Shown here: one piece after another, positions 49,915 through 61,160 of the stretch
How positions within the stretch are numbered: position 1 is the stretch's first letter
Layout of the letters: every line of letters begins with the position of its first letter
DNA from: Desulfomonilia bacterium
Lineage (GTDB): Bacteria > Desulfobacterota > Desulfomonilia > UBA1062
DNA: 64,000 nucleotides
NCBI GenBank assembly: GCA_963664325.2
Contig: CAXXDQ010000008.1
Coordinates: 160,001-224,000, forward strand
Reading direction: 5' to 3'
The notes under the pieces: generated by a model
The model's database searches: none
Seen by the model: only the letters and a program-made list of their open reading frames with translations
What the model was told of the DNA's origin: nothing
Position numbers and translations under genes: made by a program

Positions 49915-51034
49915 ATGAAAGGCGGTTTCGGATTATATCTTATAGTTGTTTTCATCGCCGTTTTATCCGGTTGTGCCGGAAGTAAAGGTAATGATGGCGA
50001 TATACATTCTCCGTCAGACGCAGAAACGGACAAAGCACGACTAGCGGAAGTTACGGTGAACATTCCGGAATTTCCTTTCCATGAGAATGAGACGGTTGCG
50101 GTAGATAAGGATATTATAGAAAACGCTGGCACAGCAGTTTACCCATGAGGAAGGGGAGGGTAAAACGGATGCGGAATTCTTTCTCGGCTATCTTCCTTTA
50201 AAAACAGCCGACTTGCTCTGTTCCGGCAATATTAAACATTATGAAACCAGCAGGCTGCTCGGAAACCTTTATATCTCGGGATATTTCGGCGGAATCTGGC
50301 TGAGGGACGCCATGGGCGGGAATGCCGTGAACTCGCGATCATTTTTGAACGATATAATGCCGGGCGATTTGAAGGCCGCAGCCGTTTCGGGTGATAATTC
50401 CATGGTATTCAGCATACTTGTGACAATGGCCGGCTCGAAAGTTAAAAGATCGGATTCAAACGATTTAATTGCCCTTGCCGCATGCCGTCTTTCCATGCCT
50501 TCATTCCTGCTCATATACGGATACAACTGGGGTTACTTCGATTACATCCTCAAGAATCCGCCTGAAGGCGCCGGCGGCATCGAACAGCCATGCAACTGCA
50601 GCAGGATGCTTGACTGCAGTGTTCCCGGGCTTGCTATCGAAACCCTTGATAAATACAAAAGTTCACGTGATATTCTGGAGCATCCTGAAAATGCCAAAGG
50701 CCTTTCGGTGCTGAGATGGTATGAGATGAAGGCGCTGAGCGGTATATGGGCAGAAGGGGCTGTCAGCACAGGATCCGGTGTATGGAAAAATATAATGAAC
50801 GAGAATATGGATAAAGAAACATACCTGCTGCTGCTCGACCTTTCAGCCCGGTTCATGCTTGTCGCCGAGATGAGCATCTTGCCTGCAATGAAGGGTTATG
50901 CAGAAAGCGATACCGATGCGTGCCGGTGCGGACTTCTGCAGCAGGCGGCAATGATTGTATGGGCCGGCAGCTATTTCATGGGCCTGAGTTCTGATTCACC
51001 TGCCGGGATATTTCCCTCAATAAACAGATCGTGA
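49915..51034 (+). CDS. Hypothetical lipoprotein (frameshift ~50121)
   Basis: Lipobox LSGC; removing one A in GAAAAC joins ORFs 49915 and 50213; the stop overlaps the mtgA start. Confidence 0.6.
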
Positions 51035-51948
51035 GAAAGATTATTAAGACGGCGGCGTATTTGATTCTGGCGGCAATAGTGCTGCTTGCTGCCGATATCG
51101 CCGTCTGCTTTGTCTATCCCGACGTGTCCGTCTTAAAAAAGGAAAATCCTAAAAAGACCTCATTCATGAAATACCGGGAAAAGCAGTGGGCGGAGAAAGG
51201 CCTTGACAAGAGTGTAACTCAGAAGTGGGCGAGCTTTAACAGGATATCCCCGTATATGGTAAAGGCGGTTATCATAGCTGAGGATGATAAATTCTGGCGC
51301 CATGAAGGCTTTGATTTTGTCGCGATGCAGAAGGCCATTGAAAAGGATATTAAAAAGAAAAAGTTCAAGGTCGGCGGCTCGACAATCAGCCAGCAGCTTG
51401 CAAAAAACCTTTATTTAACTCCTGATAAGAATCCAGTCCGCAAAATAAAGGAAGCCATCTACACATGGCGGCTTGAGAGGAATCTTTCGAAGAAGAGGAT
51501 AATGGAACTCTATCTGAATGTCGCAGAATGGGGTGATGCACTCTTCGGGATAGAGGCGGCGGCCAGAAGATATTACGGGAAATCTGCCATATCCCTTGAG
51601 CCGGCAGAAGCTGCCAGGCTTGCGACCGTGCTTACCAACCCCATAAGGTTCAATCCTGTAGGGAATTCAAAATATGTAAGGAGCCGATCGGCATTAATTT
51701 ACGGGATCATGGTACGCCGGGGTATTGTGATTGAAGAATATGTTGAGGTGATGAATGAACCTCAGGAAGAGTCTGAAAAAGAGATAGGTCAGGAACCCGA
51801 ACCTGATGGTTCTCCTGCCGATACATCAGGCCCTGATGTTCCTGACACGGTTGACAAGGAAATACCACCGGTCCCGGAAATGGAATCGCCCGCTGTTCAT
51901 GAAGATGGAGTCGGAAATGATAAGGAATTAAATAAAGGGCCATCTTGA
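51031..51948 (+). CDS. mtgA: Monofunctional peptidoglycan transglycosylase
   Basis: AEDDKF..H.GFD, GGSTISQQLAKNL, RKIKE, K.RIMELYLN.AEWG, FGIEAAA..YY. Confidence 0.92.
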   Translation: MRKIIKTAAYLILAAIVLLAADIAVCFVYPDVSVLKKENPKKTSFMKYREKQWAEKGLDKSVTQKWASFNRISPYMVKAVIIAEDDKFWRHEGFDFVAMQKAIEKDIKKKKFKVGGSTISQQLAKNLYLTPDKNPVRKIKEAIYTWRLERNLSKKRIMELYLNVAEWGDALFGIEAAARRYYGKSAISLEPAEAARLATVLTNPIRFNPVGNSKYVRSRSALIYGIMVRRGIVIEEYVEVMNEPQEESEKEIGQEPEPDGSPADTSGPDVPDTVDKEIPPVPEMESPAVHEDGVGNDKELNKGPS

Positions 51949-51992
51949 CTATTGAATTCGGGATAATAATTTTCCATTATACACAGGAGGTT

Positions 51993-54344
51993 ATGAAAAA
52001 ATTCAGGACATTATTTCTCATACTGTTTGTACTGATTTTATCCTTGCAGCTGGCATCCTGTATAAATAGTAATGATAAAACACCCGCTGCACTTCAGGGT
52101 GCGATAAACCTCAACAACCATGACTTTGCCGGCCAGAACCTTGCAGCTTTTATGGCCGGCGGTTTTGTTATTATATGTGTTTATAACCTGATTCTGTTCA
52201 TGATACGCCGGAAAGACGGGACATTTCTTTATTTTTCTCTGCTGAGCATTACCGGTGCTGTCTGGATATTAATTTCACGGCAATACTTTATTCCTTTGCT
52301 GTTTCCCTCTCTGACCGGGGAAATAATTACAAAAATCGAATATATCAATCTTGTTATTGCCCTGATCGTATACGGCAAATTCATACAATCGCAGTTCAAG
52401 GATGAATTCAACAGGTATCCCGTAATAATAATGGAGGTCTTCGGCGCAGGTCTTGCCGTTGCTATACTTTTTACCCGGAGCTATCAATATATCAATGCCG
52501 TTAAGGTATACGGTCTGGCTGCGCTGATCTTTTTTGCCTATATGCTTTCGATAATGGCCGGAGCGCTTAAAAAGAAGAGAAGTGATTCTGTACCCATTCT
52601 TATATTAAGTGTCATCCTTCTTATTACCATCTTGAACGACATTGCAAAAAGAAACGGGATAATAATAATCAATGAGTACGTGTCTCCATACGGGCTTTTC
52701 ATGTTCATACTTATTGAGGCCCTTATTATTTCAAAACGTTTTATACGTTACCTGAGGGAAGAGGAAGGTCTTACCAGGGGTATTCAATCTTTGACGGCCG
52801 GACTTGAAGAAACAGAAAACCACCTGGATACGGTTTTTAATTCAATGTCATCCATGCTTGTCTCATCTGACAGCGAGGGAAGAATAGTCAGATCGAACCT
52901 TGCCGCACAAAACCGCTTCTCAATCCTGCCCGGCAATAAGATTCCTCAGATCATATGGGATTTAAAACCTTTTTCCAAAAAGCTTAAGACCGATATAAGG
53001 GAAGCCTTTCAGTCTCATACCTCGTTTGAAGCCAGGGGGGAGCACCTTAAGGAAAATGAAGGCGGGTATTACAATATATTTATAAACCCTTTCATAAATG
53101 AAAAGGCAGGCGGAGCGCTTCTGAGAATTGATGACATTACCGAACTTGAAAAGAAGGGTGAACAGCTGAAACACGCCGAACGGATGGAAGCGATTGGCAC
53201 ACTGGCCGGGGGTCTTACCCATGATTTTAACAATATACTCACCGGGATAACAGGTACAAGCTCACTCGTAGGTCATTACAAATTGAAGGACAAGAAATAC
53301 AAGTCCAAAACCCTTGAGAGGCTCGTTCTTATCGAACAGGCGGTCGGAAAGGCCGTTGTCCTGGTTAACCGGATTATGGCCCTGGCAAAAAGACAGGATT
53401 TCAACTGTACCGGCGTTGATCTTAACCAGGTAATAAATAATGTGACAAAGCTCTGCAGGAATACCTTTGATAAAGGCATCAATATTATTACAGAGACTTA
53501 CCCTGAAGAGGCCTATATTTATGCCGACCCGACACAAATCGAACAGGTGATGATCAATCTTTGTGTAAATGCCCATCATGCCATGACTATCATGAGGAAG
53601 AACGGCGAAAAATGGGGAGGTGTTCTGAAGATAGTGACAGTCAGAGTCGAGCCCGATTCCGATATTCTCGCCCCATATCCCATGCTTTCAGGGAGTCAAT
53701 GCTGGGCTGTGGATGTCATTGATACCGGGGTTGGAATCGATGATGATGCGATGAAAAGGATATTTGAACCTTTCTTCACGACAAAGGAAACAGGAACGGG
53801 CCTTGGTCTGGTTATGGTCTCAAACATAATACAGCAGCATGGCGGGGTCATTGAAGTGAAGTCCGGAAAAGAAACCGGGACGGTTTTCAGGATAATTCTC
53901 CCCCTCTATCATCCGCAGCATGTTGAACAGACCCCGGATTCGGTTCAGGAACAGATACCAAAAGGAGAAGGCCTGATACTGCTGGCCGAAGATGATGACA
54001 TCTTGAAGAAGAGCACGAGGGATATCCTTGGCTTATGGGGATATGAAGTGGCTGTTGCCGATGACGGGGTGGAAGCGCTTAAATTTTTCAGAAAGCGGTA
54101 TAAAAATATCAGAGGCGTGATCATGAACCTTTCATTGCCCCGCATATCAGGCAACGAGCTCTATATCGAAATGAAAGAGATAGATGCAGGAGTGAAGGTG
54201 ATTGCTGTATCAGGCATAAGGCCCGAACCGGGAATGATCGATAAATTAAGAGAAGACGGCAACGGCTTTATTGAACTGCCTTATTCCATGATGGAGCTGC
54301 TCAAAAAGTGCATCGAGGTTTTTCCAACAAGGGGCGGTGCATGA
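51993..54344 (+). CDS. Hybrid sensor histidine kinase (7TM-DISM-like, PAS, HisKA, HATPase, pseudo-receiver)
   Basis: Multiple TM segments; GTLAGGLTHDFNNIL, NLCVNA, DTGVGI, FEPFFTTK..GTGLGL; receiver with IMNLSLP. Confidence 0.9.
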   Translation: MKKFRTLFLILFVLILSLQLASCINSNDKTPAALQGAINLNNHDFAGQNLAAFMAGGFVIICVYNLILFMIRRKDGTFLYFSLLSITGAVWILISRQYFIPLLFPSLTGEIITKIEYINLVIALIVYGKFIQSQFKDEFNRYPVIIMEVFGAGLAVAILFTRSYQYINAVKVYGLAALIFFAYMLSIMAGALKKKRSDSVPILILSVILLITILNDIAKRNGIIIINEYVSPYGLFMFILIEALIISKRFIRYLREEEGLTRGIQSLTAGLEETENHLDTVFNSMSSMLVSSDSEGRIVRSNLAAQNRFSILPGNKIPQIIWDLKPFSKKLKTDIREAFQSHTSFEARGEHLKENEGGYYNIFINPFINEKAGGALLRIDDITELEKKGEQLKHAERMEAIGTLAGGLTHDFNNILTGITGTSSLVGHYKLKDKKYKSKTLERLVLIEQAVGKAVVLVNRIMALAKRQDFNCTGVDLNQVINNVTKLCRNTFDKGINIITETYPEEAYIYADPTQIEQVMINLCVNAHHAMTIMRKNGEKWGGVLKIVTVRVEPDSDILAPYPMLSGSQCWAVDVIDTGVGIDDDAMKRIFEPFFTTKETGTGLGLVMVSNIIQQHGGVIEVKSGKETGTVFRIILPLYHPQHVEQTPDSVQEQIPKGEGLILLAEDDDILKKSTRDILGLWGYEVAVADDGVEALKFFRKRYKNIRGVIMNLSLPRISGNELYIEMKEIDAGVKVIAVSGIRPEPGMIDKLREDGNGFIELPYSMMELLKKCIEVFPTRGGA

Positions 54345-56716
54345 AGAAGTCAGGAATGAGGCTGCATATACTTTTTCTTGTGTTCATAATTTTTCTCCAG
54401 TTTTCGGCATACGGCAGCCTTGATGGCCGCGAAAAGCCAAAGGCTTTGAACGGAACGGATAAGGCAACAGAATCGGTAAACATTGACAGCCAGGAAATCA
54501 CAGAAAGAAGCCAGGAAATAAAAACTAGTCTCGAGATGATGCTCATTGGATGCTTTCTGGTTATGGGTATCTATAATCTCATATTGTTCTTTTTCTTCAG
54601 GAAAGAGGCGCCGTATGCGAATTTAGGGGCTCTCTGCATTCTTGCATGTGTATGGACGGCAGCAGCTTCCAGGATGTATATCATGCCCTTTTTATCAGGT
54701 TCTGATTCTGAATTGCTGAAAAAAGTTGAATTTATCGCGTATGCCCTTTGTATACCATTATATGTAACTTATGTAAGGAGTCTGTTCGCTGAAGATTTTA
54801 AAATGGCAGTCATCAAGGTAATATGGGCGGCCGGGATCATATCGTGTGCGCTGTTGCTTTTTACCCCGTATCTTGAAAACATTCGCATACTGAAATTTTA
54901 TGACCTGCTGAGCTTTGCCATATGTATTTATACTTTCATCATGCTTGTCGGCACTTCAATGAAAAAACGCAACGGATCATATGTAATGCTTGCAGGAACG
55001 GTTGTCGTCAGTTTCGGGGTATTCGGCGACATACTTTCCAGGCAGGGTGTTATTTCGACCGGAGGCATGGGTTCATATGGACTCATGATATTTCTTTTGT
55101 TGCAGATATACATTATTTCTTCCAGATTTATAAACTCATACAGAAAAGAAGTTACATCAAGACATTCCCTGATGCGAAAATCCTTTGAACTGGAAAAATC
55201 CAAAAACCTTCTGAAATGCATTTTAGATTCCCTGTCGTCACCGCTTATAAGCGTTGATGATAACATTATCATCAGTGAAATAAACGTACTTGCGCGCAAA
55301 TGCCTGCCGGAGGAGAAAGTTGAAATCGCAGGCAAAAGACTCTGGGAAATAATTCCTGTGAGGGAAGAATACAAAGGGACTCTTGAAGAGGTCATAAAAA
55401 CCTCAAATCCGGCAAATATAAGCAGCAAGCGGGTTATAAAAGACGACAAAAGGCTTTTTAATATCAGCATCAGTCCTCGTTGTTGATTCAAGCTGTACGG
55501 GCGCCGTAATACTCGCGGATGACGTGACCGAGATAAACAGGAAAGAGGAGCAGATCAAGCAGTCACAGAAAATGGAAACCATAGGTATAATTGCAGGTGG
55601 CCTGGTACATGATTTCAATAATGCACTGGGCGGCATTCTCAGCACAGCAACACTGATGAAACATTGCATTACCGAAGGCATAGAAAGCGGCAGGGTCTCG
55701 GAAAGAATTTCAATGATTGAAACGGCTGCGAAAAATGCCGCCGGGCTTGTCGGGAGGTTTCTTAACCTGACAAAAAAACATGATGTCGTTTATGTACCGG
55801 TCGATCTTAACAACACAGTTCAGCATGTAGCCAAGATATGCAGGGATACTTTCGATAAAACCATTGAGATTCATACGGGATATCTTCTGGAGGAGGCCTT
55901 CATCCTGGCTGATGAATTACAGATCGAACATCTGCTCCTTAACCTTTGTATTAACGCATCCCAGGCAATGACAATGATGAGGGAAGGGAGGAAAATCCCG
56001 GAGGGGTGCTTGATATATCAATGGGAAGCATCGATGCCGCCGATGATCTTTTCAGAAGGCATAAAGAGATCAAACCCCAGGACTTCTGGACTGTCAGCGT
56101 ATCCGACACCGGAGTTGGAATGGACAGTGACACGCTTTCAAAGATATTCGAGCCTTTTTTCTCAACAAAGGGGACAGGTACCGGGCTCGGGCTGATGATG
56201 GCAGAGAGCATTGTAAAACAGCATGAGGGTTTCATTGATGTCAGGTCAATAAAAGGCAAGGGCTCCTTGTTCATGGTATGCTTCAAAAAATACACAGGCG
56301 CCGTTTCCGAACCCGTCCTTGCAAAGACTTCGGTAAAGCACAAGGCAGAGGGAGAAGGAATAATCCTGCTTGCAGAGGATGATGAGATTATCCGCGAGAT
56401 GGCCAAAGAGCATCTTGAAGAAAACGGTTATAAGGTTATTGAGGCGAAAAACGGTGAAGAGGCCCTGAGTATATTCAGGCAAAAATATTCCGAGATAAGC
56501 GGCGTTTTCATGGACACCGCCATGCCGGTCATGTCAGGAAGAGATGCCTTTCTAGCCATGAAAGAAATCGATCCCGAAGTAAAGGTACTTTTAACTTCAG
56601 GCTTCGCGCATGACCCGGCGGTAAAGGACGCCATATCCCAGGGTGTCAACGCATTTCTCAACAAACCTTATTCAATGCCGGCATTGCTGGCTAAGATAAG
56701 AGAGGTTTTCGACTGA
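54341..56716 (+). CDS. Second hybrid sensor histidine kinase, paralog (frameshifts ~55477 and ~55990)
   Basis: 7TM region, AGGLVHDFNN, NLCINA, DTGVGM, GTGLGL, intact receiver (AEDD, FMD..MP, KP) across three ORF pieces. Confidence 0.85.
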
Positions 56717-56831
56717 CCGAATCCTACAGCTGCAGCATGCTGCACCGAAAATCCTAGCAAGGATATCCAAAACATCCATATCTGTTAACGCACAATATTC
56801 CGGGACCGGTCCCTCCTGAAAAAAATCACAG

Positions 56832-56860
56832 GGAACTTTTTTCTCTCCTGCGGTGTCTCA
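56832..56860 (+). promoter_or_regulatory. ECF sigma-type promoter
   Basis: GGAACT-17 nt-GTCTCA, 24 nt before the VIT-vWA start; SD GGAGG. Confidence 0.6.
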
Positions 56861-56884
56861 GTACGAAAAATAATTTTCCGGAGG

Positions 56885-59224
56885 ATGAAAATGGAATTTC
56901 TCAGATTTTTTACAGCAATACTGGTTATGGTTTCGGGACTTTTTTTTTCTGGGAAGGCGGATGCTCAACAGGAAGATGGCGGGGATAGGACGCTCTCGCC
57001 ATATTTTTTTGTTAAAAGCGATGATTCAGGACTTGACCAGATGCCCCTCAAATCGACATCGGCCGATGTAAGCATCTCGGGTGTGATTGCAGATGTAAAG
57101 GTTACGCAGGTTTATAAAAATGCAGGTAAAAAGCCTCTCGAGGCCATATATGTATTTCCTGCGTCAACAAGGGCCGCAGTTTACGGGATGAAGATGATCA
57201 TCGGGAAACGCATTATCGAGGCAAAGATCAAAAAGCGCGATGATGCGAGGCAGGAATATGAGCAGGCGAGAAACCAGGGCAGGAGCGCGTCTCTTCTTGA
57301 ACAGCAGCGTCCCAATGTGTTCCAGATGAATGTAGCAAACATCATGCCCGGTGACGAAATCAGGGTTGAGCTTAAATATACCGAGCTTATCATTCCTTCA
57401 GACAAGGTCTACGAGTTTGTCTACCCTGCTGTAGTCGGACCCAGGTATTCCAACCAGGCTGAAGGCAGTGCGCCCCTTTCAGAAAAATGGTCTCAGAATC
57501 CCTATCTGAAACAGGGAAACTTACCGTCATACGCGTTTGGAATGAATGTGAAGCTACTGGCAGGCCTTCCGATAAGCCAGATAACATGCCCGACACACAA
57601 AGTGAAGATCTCGTTCAGTTCAAAGACGAATGCGCTGATAAATCTTGATAAGTCGGAAACATACGGCGGAAATAAGGACTACATACTCCGCTACCGCCTT
57701 GACGGAGATATTATAAAATCAGGGCTGATGCTTTCGGAGGGCAGTAACGAAAACTTTTTCCTGCTCATGATGCAGCCGCCTAAGAGGGTAACCAATGCCG
57801 ACATCCCGGGCCGGGAATATATTTTTATCGTCGATGTATCGGGCTCGATGCATGGTTTTCCGCTTGATATATCTAAAGAACTCATGAGAAATCTCATCGG
57901 CAATTTAAGGCCTACAGACAAGTTCAATGTCATGCTGTTTTCAGGCGGCTCAACCGTAATGGCAGATGAATCTCTAAGTGCTACGCCTCAAAATATTGCC
58001 CGGGCAATCAACATGATCGACAGCCAGCAGGGCGGCGGCGGCACCGAACTCCTTCCTGCTCTTAAACGTGCGCTGTCATTGAATAAGGCAAAGGGTGTTT
58101 CGCGCACGGTGGTCATTGCCACGGACGGCTATGTAACGGTTGAGGAGGAGGCGTTCGAGCTTATCCGCAACAATCTGGATGATGCGAACATGTTCGCCTT
58201 CGGGATAGGCTCGAGCGTCAACCGCCACCTTATTGAAGGCATTGCGCATGTTGGCATGGGCGAGCCTTTCATAGTCGAAAAACCCGGGGATGCCGCAGCC
58301 AAGGCCGGGAGCCTGAGAAAGATGATAGTCTCTCCTGTACTTACGCAGATAAAAGTTAAATATGACGGTTTTGATGTCTATGATGTTGAGCCGCCCAGCA
58401 TACCCGATGTGCTTTCAGAAAGGCCGGTTATAATATTCGGTAAATGGCGCGGCCGGCCCTGGGGGTCAGTCACCCTGAGCGGTGTTACGGGAAACGGGAG
58501 ATATGCGGATACGATAGATGTGTCACTAACAGTGCCCGACAAAACCGAGGCCTTGAAATATCTCTGGGCCAGGCAGCGCATAACGCTCCTCTCGGACTAC
58601 AACAAGCTGCGCTCTGACGATAAACGGATCAGGGAAGTTACCGACCTGGGGCTTACATACAATCTGCTGACCGCTTACACATCATTCGTGGCCGTCGATA
58701 CCGAAATCAGAAATAGAAACGGCAAAACTTCAGCCGTAAAGCAGCCTCTCCCACTGCCTGAGGGTGTCTCCGATTATGCCGTGGGAGGATGTTTCCCAAA
58801 GGGCCTTAATGCAGTGTCGGCAGAAGCATTGAAATTGCAGGCGGCACCGTCAGTGTTTTACAGGGGCGGCAAGGACAAGCAACAGGATTCGTCAATGAAA
58901 GAAGAGAAAGGTGGATCCGCCTGCAGCCTTAATGCTCAAGTGATAAGGGTATCAGGGAAGCTTTCCGGTCTCGCTGTTGCAAACACGGCCAATGCCCGTA
59001 TAAAGGGACTTGAAACATGCATAACAGGCAATGGTTATGCGGGGAAAATTACTGTTAAGCTGAAGATCAATGCGGACGGAACCGTCAGGGATGTGGACCT
59101 GAAATCGTCAAAGGCTCTGAGTGAAGCTGTCAGGAACTGCCTGATTCAGGGAATAAAGCAGTGGATATTCCTCAAGTCTTCAGGCCGGACTGAAGCTGAA
59201 TTTATAATCGGAAAATCGAAATAG
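56885..59224 (+). CDS. Secreted VIT + vWA (inter-alpha-trypsin inhibitor-like) protein with C-terminal TonB-C/AgmX-like domain
   Basis: Signal peptide; V.VTQ.Y.N...EA.YVFP, ASLLEQ.RPNVF; MIDAS DVSGSM, GGTE, TDG, GIGSSVN; TSFVAVD; C-terminal I.ADG.V. Confidence 0.88.
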   Translation: MKMEFLRFFTAILVMVSGLFFSGKADAQQEDGGDRTLSPYFFVKSDDSGLDQMPLKSTSADVSISGVIADVKVTQVYKNAGKKPLEAIYVFPASTRAAVYGMKMIIGKRIIEAKIKKRDDARQEYEQARNQGRSASLLEQQRPNVFQMNVANIMPGDEIRVELKYTELIIPSDKVYEFVYPAVVGPRYSNQAEGSAPLSEKWSQNPYLKQGNLPSYAFGMNVKLLAGLPISQITCPTHKVKISFSSKTNALINLDKSETYGGNKDYILRYRLDGDIIKSGLMLSEGSNENFFLLMMQPPKRVTNADIPGREYIFIVDVSGSMHGFPLDISKELMRNLIGNLRPTDKFNVMLFSGGSTVMADESLSATPQNIARAINMIDSQQGGGGTELLPALKRALSLNKAKGVSRTVVIATDGYVTVEEEAFELIRNNLDDANMFAFGIGSSVNRHLIEGIAHVGMGEPFIVEKPGDAAAKAGSLRKMIVSPVLTQIKVKYDGFDVYDVEPPSIPDVLSERPVIIFGKWRGRPWGSVTLSGVTGNGRYADTIDVSLTVPDKTEALKYLWARQRITLLSDYNKLRSDDKRIREVTDLGLTYNLLTAYTSFVAVDTEIRNRNGKTSAVKQPLPLPEGVSDYAVGGCFPKGLNAVSAEALKLQAAPSVFYRGGKDKQQDSSMKEEKGGSACSLNAQVIRVSGKLSGLAVANTANARIKGLETCITGNGYAGKITVKLKINADGTVRDVDLKSSKALSEAVRNCLIQGIKQWIFLKSSGRTEAEFIIGKSK

Positions 59225-59436
59225 GATACAGGGATAAGGCAGGATTTTCCCCTTGGGCCGGAATGAGAAAAAAAGAAAGAAATGAATCAAAAATTGAATT
59301 GTCATCACCATCATTCCGGACCCCATAAAGAAACGGAAAATCCTGCCATCATTCTGGCTCCTGACTCCTGTCTCCATTACTCTCATATTTTAAATTTCTC
59401 CTTGACTTTATGCCCAAAGTCTATTGTCCATAGGGT

Positions 59437-60093
59437 GTGGGTATATTCGTTAGAAAACCGGAAAAGGATCATAACCGGCCCGGAACAGGGTTGCCGCTCA
59501 ATGTTGAAGATGAAGATGCAATATTCATCATCCGCTGCCTTGCAGGCAATGCAGAGGCCTTCGGTGTTATCGTCAAAAGGCATCAGGACAGGATGCTTAA
59601 CATGGCCTACAGGATAACGTCCGATTACCAGGAAGCCCTCGATGTTGTTCAGGACTCATTTCTGACGGCATACAAAAACCTGGCAAAGTTCAAGGGCGAG
59701 TCGCTTTTTTCCACATGGCTTGCCAGTATTGTCATTAACCATTCCAGAAACAGGGTGAGAAAAACGGGACGGCTTAAAAGGCATGAATGCACTTCCATCG
59801 ATGCACCGGTGTTGAACGACAGGGGGGCGATAGCACTTGAACCGGCAGACAGGGGGCCGACTCCTCTGGACAGTCTCATAAAGGGCGATCTCGATGAGAA
59901 AGTCCAGGAATGCATAAGCGCCCTTGACGGGGACCAGAGGGTGGTACTCGTATTAAGGGAGGTTGAAGAATACTCCTACGATGAAATAGGCGGCATGCTC
60001 GGCCTGCCGGATGGCACTGTCAGGTCAAGGCTTTTCAGGGCAAGAGCGCTTTTGAAAGAGTGCCTTAAAAAGTTTATGGGTGAAATCATATGA
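59437..60093 (+). CDS. ECF RNA polymerase sigma factor (start uncertain)
   Basis: AF..IV.RH, A.DVVQDSF..AY..L..F.G...FSTWL..I..N, SYDEI..MLG.P.GTVRSRLFRAR. Confidence 0.92.
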   Translation: MGIFVRKPEKDHNRPGTGLPLNVEDEDAIFIIRCLAGNAEAFGVIVKRHQDRMLNMAYRITSDYQEALDVVQDSFLTAYKNLAKFKGESLFSTWLASIVINHSRNRVRKTGRLKRHECTSIDAPVLNDRGAIALEPADRGPTPLDSLIKGDLDEKVQECISALDGDQRVVLVLREVEEYSYDEIGGMLGLPDGTVRSRLFRARALLKECLKKFMGEII

Positions 60094-61148
60094 ACTGCGA
60101 AAACATAAAAGAGCTTCTGAATGCATATATTGATAATCTCCTCAGTGAGAAAGAGAGAGAAATAGTTCAGGCCCATATTGCATCGTGTCCCTCGTGCAGA
60201 AAGGAGCTCGGCGAGCTCACCCAAGCCGTTAATCTGGTCCGTCGACTTGACAGGGTTGTGCCGCCTCCATGGTTTTCGGAGCAGGTAATGAAAAATATAA
60301 GAAAAGAGAAAAAGGAGAAGGGCGTTATCAACCGCCTTTTCTATCCGCTGCATATAAAATTGCCTGTACAGGCATTTGCAACCATTATCATAGCAGTGTT
60401 TGCCGTCTATATCTACAGGGCGACAAGTCCTGAAATGAAACCTTTGATTCAATCCCAGCCGGTTCTCAAAGAATCCAGAGAAGTCATGGTACAGGGTTCT
60501 GGTGATAGGCAAGTCAGGCCGATGCCCCTGGAGGCCGGTAAAATCAGCAATAAACCTGAAAGATTAACCTCGGAGAAGGCGCTTGTTCAAAAGAATGAAT
60601 TGCCGCAGGTCAAGCAGGCGGAAAAGCCTGCTGCAGCACCTGTGCCCGGATCAAAGGACACTCTTGCAGTAGAGAAAAAACAGGTCGCCCCTTCTGTAAA
60701 GATAAAGGAAAAAAATGAGATCATGCATGATCAGGAAACATTAAGTCTTGAAGCAATGGGGAAGACAAAAGGGGAAACCGCTGGAGAGCCTGATGAATCA
60801 CTGGCCCGGGAAGAAATGAAAGAGGCCGGAGCACCTGAGATGCAGGTGAAGGCGGCTCCTTCGCCCGTAATGATAGATGTGTCTGTCACTGTTGCAGACG
60901 GTGACAAGGCGATCAAAGACATATCTTTCATGCTCGGTGCCATGAAAGCGCGTGTAATAGGTAAGTATTCTACAGGAACCGATACGGCTATCCTTGCAGA
61001 AACGAGAGGGGCTGACGCAAAGAAGGTCTTCGAGAAGCTCAGGCAATCTGGTGAGGTAAGCATAATAACGAGGAATCCTGATGTATCGGGAGAAAAAGTT
61101 GTAATGAGAATCAAGGTTGTCGGCAGGCAGCCGCAGGTCAATCCCTAA
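60090..61148 (+). CDS. Zinc-binding (ZAS) transmembrane anti-sigma factor
   Basis: MNC...LL.AYID, HIASCPSC (HxxxCxxC), one TM segment; ATGA overlap with the sigma gene. Confidence 0.88.
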   Translation: MNCENIKELLNAYIDNLLSEKEREIVQAHIASCPSCRKELGELTQAVNLVRRLDRVVPPPWFSEQVMKNIRKEKKEKGVINRLFYPLHIKLPVQAFATIIIAVFAVYIYRATSPEMKPLIQSQPVLKESREVMVQGSGDRQVRPMPLEAGKISNKPERLTSEKALVQKNELPQVKQAEKPAAAPVPGSKDTLAVEKKQVAPSVKIKEKNEIMHDQETLSLEAMGKTKGETAGEPDESLAREEMKEAGAPEMQVKAAPSPVMIDVSVTVADGDKAIKDISFMLGAMKARVIGKYSTGTDTAILAETRGADAKKVFEKLRQSGEVSIITRNPDVSGEKVVMRIKVVGRQPQVNP

Positions 61149-61160
61149 CAGGAAACAAAG

